Shown here in pieces: positions 57,276 through 64,000 of a stretch of DNA of 64,000 nucleotides; position 1 is the stretch's first letter, and every line of letters starts with the position of its first letter. A model generated the notes under the pieces. That model was not told where the DNA came from, made no database searches, and worked only from the letters and a program-made list of their open reading frames with translations. Position numbers and translations under genes: made by a program. The DNA is from an uncultured Gammaproteobacteria bacterium (lineage in GTDB: Bacteria > Patescibacteriota > Patescibacteriia > S139-126), in the NCBI GenBank assembly GCA_964620905.1, contig CAZUKA010000001.1, forward strand, positions 90,890 to 154,889. Reading direction: 5' to 3'.

Positions 57276-58928
57276 ATGAGAAATACCAAGACAAAATTTA
57301 TTTTTGTTATGGGTGGTGTATTATCTGGTTTAGGTAAAGGTATTGCCACCTCATCAATAGCTAAATTGTTACAAAGTAGGGGGTTTAAAGTGACAGCAAT
57401 GAAAATTGATCCCTATATCAATGTAGATGCTGGTACTATGAATCCTACTGAGCACGGTGAGGTTTTTGTTACCAAAGACGGGTTGGAAACTGATCAAGAT
57501 ATTGGAAATTATGAGCGATTTTTAGATTTAGAGTTAGATGCAGACAATTATATGACGCAAGGTTCGGTTTGGCAAACAGTGATAAATAAAGAACGTAATT
57601 TAGAGTATGGAGGAAAATGTGTTGAACCGGTGCCTCATATACCTGATGAAGTTATCCGACGAATAAAAAAATTAGCCAATAAAAGTAAAGCTGATTTTGT
57701 GATGATTGAAATTGGCGGTACAGTTGGGGAATACCAAAATTTTATTTTTTTAGAGGCGGCTCGCATGATGAAATTAAAAATGCCCAATAAAGTTATGTTT
57801 ATCATGGTATCTTATTTACCCATACCATCAAAAATTGGTGAAATGAAAACTAAGCCCACTCAGACAGCAGTTAAAACATTGAATTCTGCTGGAATTCAAC
57901 CGGATTTTATTTTAGCTCGTAGTGAACGCCCGCTTGACAATAAGCGCAAAGAAAAAATTTCTATTTTTTGTAATGTAGCTGTCGAGGATGTTATTTCTTC
58001 TCCTGATGTTGATAGTATTTATCAAGTACCAATAGTTTATCAACAGCAAAACTTGGATAAGAGGATATTGTATAAGTTTGGTGGTCAGACTAGTCAGCGA
58101 GATTTGCGAGAGTGGAAAAAAAAGTTATTAGAAATACCTAGAAAATCTAAGAAAAAAGTAAATATTGCCCTAGTGGGGAAATATTTTTCTACTGGTTCGT
58201 TTACATTGTCCGATTCATATATTTCAGTTATCGAATCATTGAAATTTGCTGCCTGGTATAACCGGGTAGGAGTGGAATTTGTTTGGCTGGATAGTGAAAA
58301 TTTTGAGAAGAAGAAAGTTGATTTATTGGTTTTAAAAAAATTTGATGGTGTTGTAGTACCTGGCGGTTTTGGCAGTCGGGGGGTAGAAGGGATTGTAAAA
58401 GCAATTGAATATGTAAGAAAAAATAATATTCCTTATTTTGGTTTATGTTATGGTATGCAGTTAGCTTGTATAGAATTTGCTCGCAATGTTTTGAAGTTGA
58501 AAGATGCCAACACTACTGAAATTGACCCGCAAACCAAAGAGCCAATAATAGATTTAATGATTGAACAAAAACAGAATTTAAAAGATTTTCGTTATGGTGG
58601 TTCAATGCGTTTGGGTAATTTTCAATGTCATCTCATTCCGACAACAAAAGTCGCACAATTTTATAACCAAACTTCTACTGTCGAAAGACATCGTCATCGC
58701 TATGAATTCAATAATAAATATCGAAATAAACTTGAACGCAAAGGTCTTATTATTTCCGGAATTAATAAGCAACGAGATTTAGTAGAAATAGTTGAACTAA
58801 AACAGCACCCCTTTTTTGTGGGGACACAATTCCATCCTGAATTTAAGTCTCGACCCCTAAGACCCCATCCTTTGTTTGCTGCCTTTGTAAAAGTTGCCAT
58901 CAAAGAAAAAAACAAAAAATCATCTTAA
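57276..58928 (+). CDS. pyrG: CTP synthase
   Basis: 'KFIFVMGGVLSGLGKGIATSSIAKLL', 'DPYINVDAGTMNP', GATase 'GLCYGMQLA', 'HRHRYE'. Confidence 0.95.
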   Translation: MRNTKTKFIFVMGGVLSGLGKGIATSSIAKLLQSRGFKVTAMKIDPYINVDAGTMNPTEHGEVFVTKDGLETDQDIGNYERFLDLELDADNYMTQGSVWQTVINKERNLEYGGKCVEPVPHIPDEVIRRIKKLANKSKADFVMIEIGGTVGEYQNFIFLEAARMMKLKMPNKVMFIMVSYLPIPSKIGEMKTKPTQTAVKTLNSAGIQPDFILARSERPLDNKRKEKISIFCNVAVEDVISSPDVDSIYQVPIVYQQQNLDKRILYKFGGQTSQRDLREWKKKLLEIPRKSKKKVNIALVGKYFSTGSFTLSDSYISVIESLKFAAWYNRVGVEFVWLDSENFEKKKVDLLVLKKFDGVVVPGGFGSRGVEGIVKAIEYVRKNNIPYFGLCYGMQLACIEFARNVLKLKDANTTEIDPQTKEPIIDLMIEQKQNLKDFRYGGSMRLGNFQCHLIPTTKVAQFYNQTSTVERHRHRYEFNNKYRNKLERKGLIISGINKQRDLVEIVELKQHPFFVGTQFHPEFKSRPLRPHPLFAAFVKVAIKEKNKKSS

Positions 58929-58946
58929 AATTAAGATGATTTTTTG
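58913..58946. terminator. Bidirectional intrinsic terminator between pyrG (+) and rpmA (-)
   Basis: aaaaaatcatcttaa-aa-ttaagatgatttttt. Overlaps the pyrG stop. Confidence 0.6.
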
Positions 58947-58953
58947 TTAAGAC

Positions 58954-59232
58954 TTATTTTTTTATAATATGGACGAATTTGGTAAGTTTTTTTTGTCCGT
59001 TGAAACGGGTAACTTTTTTTGTCTGAAATGAAACCACACCTGCCGCTATAGCAACTAAAGTATCATCACCACTACGAATAACATTTTTTCCCGGCCTAAT
59101 TTTTGTACCTCGTTGTCGGACAATAATATTTCCTGGTTTTGCTAATTGTCCAGCAAACATCTTTACCCCCAGTCTTTTACTGACTGAATCTCGCCCTAGA
59201 CTTGTTGAGCCGCCAGCTTTTTTATGGGCCAT
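58954..59232 (-). CDS. rpmA: 50S ribosomal protein L27
   Basis: '[29 protein letters not shown]...[15 protein letters not shown]'. No rplU adjacent. Confidence 0.9.
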   Translation of the reverse strand: MAHKKAGGSTSLGRDSVSKRLGVKMFAGQLAKPGNIIVRQRGTKIRPGKNVIRSGDDTLVAIAAGVVSFQTKKVTRFNGQKKLTKFVHIIKK

Positions 59233-59360
59233 AAATTGATTTCAAGAATTAATTTATTTAATTGGTATAAATACCGCAGTAGTATTTATTTTATATTGAC
59301 TTCACGTTTTTGTCAAATATCCGGACTTTATTTATTATTAGTTTTTGTTAAAATATAAAT

Positions 59361-59630
59361 ATGACAAAAAAAACAAGTAAAAATAAATCACCTAGTGTGA
59401 CTTTTAAAAAAATTGAAAAATATATTGAAAAAAATATAAAACCTTACATTCAACTTGATGGAGGGGACATTGAGTTTATTGCCTATGATAAAATTTCCAA
59501 GCAGGTGAAAATAAGACTGATGGGTGCGTGTGTCGGTTGCCCACTTTCCTCGGTTACTTTAAAGATAGGCGTGGAGAAACAGTTACAAAAAGCTTTTTCA
59601 GCTATAAACGAAGTAATAATGATTGACTAA
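59361..59630 (+). CDS. NifU-like (Nfu-type) Fe-S cluster assembly domain protein
   Basis: 'IKPYIQLDGGDIEFIAYDKISKQVKIRLMGACVGCPLSSVTLKIGVEKQL' (CxxC motif). Confidence 0.7.
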   Translation: MTKKTSKNKSPSVTFKKIEKYIEKNIKPYIQLDGGDIEFIAYDKISKQVKIRLMGACVGCPLSSVTLKIGVEKQLQKAFSAINEVIMID

Positions 59631-59632
59631 GC

Positions 59633-59983
59633 TTAAAAACTTATTTTTGGGCTAATATCGCTGTCGATAGAGTCTTGATTATTTGTAACTGTTAGATTTC
59701 CAGAAAAAATATTCTTAAAGTTGTCCCAGTTAATATTTTTAGTCTGGGTTTTTATTTTAAATTTATTTTCAACTTGTTCGAGTAAACGTATATCAACAGT
59801 AGATGGGGCAATATCAGATTGCAGGATAATTATTTGTTTAGCAGAGATTATAGTTTGATAGAAATTATAGTATAAAAATAAACCAACACCAGTTACAATT
59901 AAGATTGAAAAAAGTATAGTTAACGTTTTGATATGATTTAATAATGTATTTTTTAATTTTTTGAAAGTAGTGATGATTTTCAT
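59633..59983 (-). CDS. Hypothetical single-TM protein, last gene of the pilM-N-O cluster
   Basis: TM 'LTILFSILIVTGVGLFLYY'. Operonic position after the pilO-like gene. Confidence 0.35.
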   Translation of the reverse strand: MKIITTFKKLKNTLLNHIKTLTILFSILIVTGVGLFLYYNFYQTIISAKQIIILQSDIAPSTVDIRLLEQVENKFKIKTQTKNINWDNFKNIFSGNLTVTNNQDSIDSDISPKISF

Positions 59984-59987
59984 ATAG

Positions 59988-60521
59988 TTATTGCCAATAC
60001 ATTTTAGCTTCTAGATTGGCTGTAATTTCTGATGTTTGTTTATCAAAAGATATATTGTAAATATTAAAATAATACGGTTTGGTGTCTAGGGCAGAAATAA
60101 ATTTTAAAACATTAACATAAGAGCCATTCAAAGTAATTTGTATTGAGACTGGGGAGGGAAATTTTGGTTTTTCAAAATTAGGTAATAATATTATATGTTT
60201 TACATTATGTATTTCTGCGGTTTTTTCTATATCATTGATAAAATTCAAAGTATTATCAGTATTTAAAATTATTTGATTTATATTTTCTAAACGTTCTCTT
60301 GATTGTTCTATTTCCAAATTTGTTTTTTTCAAAGATAAACCTTGTAAATATTTAGTCTCCAATTCGACCCTTTTTTCATAAATTTGTTTATTTAAGTTTA
60401 AAATATCAAGAATAGTCAAAATAGTAAAAAAAGTACTTCCTACCAATAAAAACATTAGAAGTATAATAGTAATGTTCAGAGTTAAAGACGATTCTTTATC
60501 TTGCGTTTTTAAGTTAATCAT
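59988..60521 (-). CDS. pilO: Type IV pilus inner-membrane assembly protein PilO-like
   Basis: Single N-terminal TM plus coiled coil. Follows the pilN-like gene with a 4-codon overlap. Confidence 0.5.
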   Translation of the reverse strand: MINLKTQDKESSLTLNITIILLMFLLVGSTFFTILTILDILNLNKQIYEKRVELETKYLQGLSLKKTNLEIEQSRERLENINQIILNTDNTLNFINDIEKTAEIHNVKHIILLPNFEKPKFPSPVSIQITLNGSYVNVLKFISALDTKPYYFNIYNISFDKQTSEITANLEAKMYWQ

Positions 60522-61053
60522 GGCAGTTTGGTTCGTTTATAATTCCGTTAATATTGAAGTCAATATTTTGTTTTTTTAAAAGGGTGTTTAAAGGAATATT
60601 GATTTCACTAACCAAGTTACATTTTTCTAAACTAGTTTTAAAATTTAATAAATCTTCTCTAGTATTGGCTATACCTTCAAAGGTTAAACTTTTTTCCGAA
60701 AGATTAATTGTTAAACGTTGTAAGTGAATACCTTGACTAATTGCTTGATTAACATTAAAAAGTGTTTCTGGCCAAATATAGTATTCATTTTGGATGTCAT
60801 TTAGTAATCTGATTTGTCGGTTGTAGGCATTGACCCGCTCATTAATTTTTTGGTGAGTGATGTTTACAACTTTTGATTGTTCCTGAACTACCGCAAATTG
60901 TTTCAATAAAATCAATTTTGCTCCAAATAAAACCGCGCTAATGACAAAAGACAAAGTCAAAATAATGACTATAATGGTTTTAGCCATGACATATTTCCAC
61001 AATAAAGAAGAATTAATTTTTTCTTTGTAGGGTAGTAGGTTTAGCTCAATCAT
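60514..61053 (-). CDS. pilN: Type IV pilus assembly protein PilN-like
   Basis: N-terminal 'IELNLLPYKEK' (PilN 'NLLP' signature) followed by a TM. Located between the pilM-like and pilO-like genes. Confidence 0.65.
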   Translation of the reverse strand: MIELNLLPYKEKINSSLLWKYVMAKTIIVIILTLSFVISAVLFGAKLILLKQFAVVQEQSKVVNITHQKINERVNAYNRQIRLLNDIQNEYYIWPETLFNVNQAISQGIHLQRLTINLSEKSLTFEGIANTREDLLNFKTSLEKCNLVSEINIPLNTLLKKQNIDFNINGIINEPNCHD

Positions 61054-61057
61054 AAAG

Positions 61058-62104
61058 TTATTTCATAGTTAAACCAATAGCGGTAGTAAAGGACAGCCAG
61101 TCGGTATTAGGCAATTTTATTTTTGGCCCCAAAGTAATATGTTTTTCTAGTGGAGCGGTCTCTGATTTTAAACCAGTTTTTTCCGTTAATACATCGTTTA
61201 AACGTTTTAGGTTTCCACCGCCACCGCATAAGTAAATTTTATCGATTGGTTGGGTGTCTGTAAAATTATTTTGGTAATATTTGATGCCATTTACAATTTT
61301 ATCAGCTAAAAGATTTAATTCTTTTTCTAAAATTATTTTAATACCACCAGCACATTTTTCCGGGTCCAAACCACATACAACTTTTGCTTTTTCTGCTTGG
61401 GTAGGGGATATCTTTAATGTTTGACTAATAATCTGAGTAATTTGATTTCCACTTTCTGGTAAACTAAGACTAAAGAGTACAGCATGTGAGTTGGCAATTA
61501 TTAAACTACTCCGACTCGCACCTAAATCTACAATGGCTGTCGTAGTAGCTGAGTTATTTTTTTCAGGGAAAATTGCCCGTGCAATAGCAATCGCTTCAAT
61601 TTTAAAAGATAAAGGTATTAAATTTGCTAATTTTACCAATTTCGTGTAGTCATCAACAATTTCTTTGGGGGCAGCGCCAATAATAATAGAAATTTCATCT
61701 TGAGAATTTTGTGTTGGAATAATTTGGTAATCAAAATAAATTTCATTGAGTGTAAAAGGAAGATGGTGTTCTGCAGCCCATTCTACTGCTGTTGGTATTT
61801 CTTGCTCTGACATGATTGGCAATTTGATTAATTTAATAAAAGTGTGTTTTTCTGGGAGACAAACGTGGGCAAATTTTGTTTTAATTTTTGGCCCTTGGGC
61901 AGAATTTATTAATTCCCTAATTAACAAGGCACTATCTTGCATTTTAACAATTTTGCCGTTATCAAAATAGCCTGGTGGTACAGTTGCTCGGTTAAGATTT
62001 GTTAGTTCAAACTTATTTTTTCTTTTTTGTAATCCGGCTAATTTAAAAGATAAATCGCTTAAATCTAGTCCAAAGTAAGTAATTTTTTTATTATGGAAAA
62101 TCAT
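61058..62104 (-). CDS. pilM: Type IV pilus assembly protein PilM (actin-like ATPase fold)
   Basis: 'YFGLDLSDLSFKLAGL', 'AIVDLGASRSSLII', 'IYLCGGGGNLKRLNDVL'. Start taken at 'MIFHNKK' (62104) to avoid overlap with the upstream gene. Confidence 0.75.
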   Translation of the reverse strand: MIFHNKKITYFGLDLSDLSFKLAGLQKRKNKFELTNLNRATVPPGYFDNGKIVKMQDSALLIRELINSAQGPKIKTKFAHVCLPEKHTFIKLIKLPIMSEQEIPTAVEWAAEHHLPFTLNEIYFDYQIIPTQNSQDEISIIIGAAPKEIVDDYTKLVKLANLIPLSFKIEAIAIARAIFPEKNNSATTTAIVDLGASRSSLIIANSHAVLFSLSLPESGNQITQIISQTLKISPTQAEKAKVVCGLDPEKCAGGIKIILEKELNLLADKIVNGIKYYQNNFTDTQPIDKIYLCGGGGNLKRLNDVLTEKTGLKSETAPLEKHITLGPKIKLPNTDWLSFTTAIGLTMK

Positions 62105-62117
62105 ATCTATATTATAA

Positions 62118-63506
62118 CTAATTTGGTAATTCTTCCCAAGTGATAAATGAATAATCACCACTGGTAGGAAAGTATGGTGGTGGTGAAAATATCAATTTAC
62201 TGTCAAAAATACTTTTTGTATTGGTATAACCATCAATAACATTTATACCCGATACCCAAGTCCAGGTCCAAATTTTATTGGTAATAATTCCTCCGTAAAC
62301 TTCAATATAATTTTTAATTGAGCGACTATAATAAAGTCCCCGATAAACTCTTCCTTTTTGAGCTAGTAATATGGCATCAATAGATAAATTTGTCGGTGCA
62401 TGACGAGGTACTTGTACATTTTTTTGGGCAATCAGTCCTAAACTATGATTTCCGTCCCTGGCTAAGTAACGAAGATTATTATTGATAAAAATGCTAGTGT
62501 TAGTGAGTGGCGAGTCAGGAAAGCGCGCTGAAACTAAAGTAACCTTACCATTGATTGTGCCTTGAACCCAAACGTTGTCTTCAATAAAAATTAGTCCATT
62601 ACTAGGTAAAGGGTAGTTACCAACAAAACTTGTACTGTCAATTCGCTCGGATTTATATTCATAATCTGTGAAGTTATCATTAATTTGTAAAATGGCAGGG
62701 TATAATTGAGTAACACGGTAGATATCATAAGTGCTATTATCACGGAAAGAAACTAAATAACCATAATTTTTTGGTTGATAATAATGCCCATTGTTTTGGG
62801 CGGCTGTTTTCATGTTTGCTAGATCCAATGTCAAAGTATTGAAATCAATTTCTGGTACAGGGAAATCCCAGAGATCATTGTTTGGGCCAATACCCCAAAT
62901 ACCTGATTTTTCTTCATCACTACAGCCATGAGCCGTTGTGCAGATGTAGGTTTCTTTGGCAGAAGTTACCAGTGAATCATTTTCTCCATCCATTCTAATA
63001 CCGCCGTTTGAGTGCATTTCTCCTGAAACTGATTCATTTGATCCTAACCAGATATCTGAATTTGTTAAAAAAGAATAGCGTGCAAGTGAAGGTTTACCAT
63101 ATTTAACCTCAATAGTTCTTTTTAGTTGAGGATATTTGTTGGTCCAACCAGTAGAACGAATCGTAACTACAGTCGAACCAACTGGTGGCGGATCAATTTC
63201 CAGACTGTATTTACCCACGCTATTGCTAGTTGGATCAGAGTAGTCAAAAAGATAAGGACCAGGTTGGCCGGTGTTATTGGTAAAATCATTTGGTGCGTGA
63301 GCTAAATGCCAGCGATAATAGTTTATTCCGGCTTCGGCTATATGTAAGGCTTGGATTTTTGCTAGGTATTGATCATTTAATTTTCTTTGATAAAAAACAA
63401 CTCCCATTAATCCAGTTATAACAACCAAAAAAATTCCTGTAAAAACTACAATTAAAATCAATACGCCACCTTTTTTATTTGATATAATATTTGTATTTAA
63501 GTTCAT
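62118..63506 (-). CDS. PilX-N-like large minor-pilin/pilus-associated protein
   Basis: N-terminal hydrophobic segment 'KKGGVLILIVVFTGIFLVVITGL', then 'YLAKIQALHIAEAGINYY' (A-x-A-E-A-G block seen in PilX_N-type proteins). 462 aa. Confidence 0.45.
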   Translation of the reverse strand: MNLNTNIISNKKGGVLILIVVFTGIFLVVITGLMGVVFYQRKLNDQYLAKIQALHIAEAGINYYRWHLAHAPNDFTNNTGQPGPYLFDYSDPTSNSVGKYSLEIDPPPVGSTVVTIRSTGWTNKYPQLKRTIEVKYGKPSLARYSFLTNSDIWLGSNESVSGEMHSNGGIRMDGENDSLVTSAKETYICTTAHGCSDEEKSGIWGIGPNNDLWDFPVPEIDFNTLTLDLANMKTAAQNNGHYYQPKNYGYLVSFRDNSTYDIYRVTQLYPAILQINDNFTDYEYKSERIDSTSFVGNYPLPSNGLIFIEDNVWVQGTINGKVTLVSARFPDSPLTNTSIFINNNLRYLARDGNHSLGLIAQKNVQVPRHAPTNLSIDAILLAQKGRVYRGLYYSRSIKNYIEVYGGIITNKIWTWTWVSGINVIDGYTNTKSIFDSKLIFSPPPYFPTSGDYSFITWEELPN

Positions 63507-63509
63507 AAA

Positions 63510-64000
63510 TCAAAGGTTGTTTTTCAAATTTCTAAGTTGAATATCAGTATATAAATCAAAATCATCTGGCGCACGTAAGGGATCAATATTAACTCGTAAG
63601 AAAACATTAATCAATTTTGTTTCAATCAATCTAGCAGGTGCTGGTAGAGGATTATTAGTAATGTCATAGGGATAATCACTATTGTAATAAATAAAAATTG
63701 GTTCGGTGTTATTTCGAACGTATTCAGAAACAACAGAGATTTCTTCATTGTTAAAATCATAAGTTAGAGGATTGCCAGTAGGTTCGACTATACCTTTTTT
63801 TAAATTTTCATTTTCCAAAAAATATCGTACGCGTTCAGTATAGACATCTTGATCAATATCAGAGTAAAAAATAATTTCCTGATCTCCTGCTAATTCTAAG
63901 CCATAAGAACCGTTTTCAGCAGTTGATAATTCACGTAATTCTTTAGCCATTAAGTCAATACCTTTTTGTGCTTGTCTAATTGCTTCCAATTGTTCTTGAC
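63510..64000 (-). CDS. Hypothetical pilus-cluster protein; N-terminus probably beyond the window edge
   Basis: The minus-strand ORF runs to the window end (the codon upstream of the listed Met is sense). First gene upstream of the PilX-like and pilMNO genes. Confidence 0.35.
   Translation of the reverse strand, partial: QEQLEAIRQAQKGIDLMAKELRELSTAENGSYGLELAGDQEIIFYSDIDQDVYTERVRYFLENENLKKGIVEPTGNPLTYDFNNEEISVVSEYVRNNTEPIFIYYNSDYPYDITNNPLPAPARLIETKLINVFLRVNIDPLRAPDDFDLYTDIQLRNLKNNL

Overview
The window is a 64-kb, AT-rich (about 35% GC), gene-dense bacterial chromosome segment. Almost every gene from 14 to 42717 lies on the + strand. The small, compact genes, many glycosyltransferases, lysine-rich protein tails, a DUF4012-like giant protein and a type IV pilus cluster resemble a reduced-genome (CPR/Patescibacteria-like) lineage, but I cannot verify that from sequence alone.

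Gene content, in order:
- **Cell-envelope glycan locus (14-7498):** a priming sugar-phosphate transferase, three GT4 glycosyltransferases and a 952-aa membrane-anchored DUF4012-like protein.
- **Non-coding locus (7500-8490):** about 1 kb with no credible long ORF. It holds a consensus sigma70 promoter, a 65-nt hairpin-plus-U-tract unit, many GC hairpins, a 113-nt imperfect palindrome, a 51-codon TTG-start membrane-peptide ORF and a terminator.
- **Cell-division and envelope block:** murJ, lepA, an FtsB/DivIC-like protein, a PpiC/PrsA-like protein, an RlpA-like protein, ftsE, ftsX, a GT2 and a patatin-like lipase, with tRNA-Thr and tRNA-Gly on the minus strand.
- **Low-GC islet (19338-25780):** starts at the 3' end of tRNA-Gln. 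It encodes three paralogous inositol-monophosphatase-family proteins, a PEP-utilizing swivel-domain protein, a DUF218 protein, an Ldh_2-family dehydrogenase and a 2H phosphoesterase.
- **Surface and unknown-function block:** a surface protein with an embedded pilin-like motif and calcium-binding repeats, an ABC-2 exporter, two independently transcribed small unknown ORFs, an alpha/beta hydrolase, a 538-aa unknown membrane protein and a CAP-domain protein.
- **Glycan and dTDP-rhamnose cluster:** rmlABCD, epimerases, GT2 and GT4 enzymes, a Wzx flippase and a GT-C-like membrane protein, interleaved with metK, ahcY, a HIT protein and Nudix proteins.
- **Housekeeping genes:** murA, ctpA, rplI, pyrG, rpmA and nfu.
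- **Type IV pilus cluster (minus strand):** pilM, pilN, pilO and PilX-like proteins.

No CRISPR array, rRNA, integrase or transposase is visible. The regions most worth follow-up are the structured non-coding locus and the tRNA-Gln-adjacent islet.
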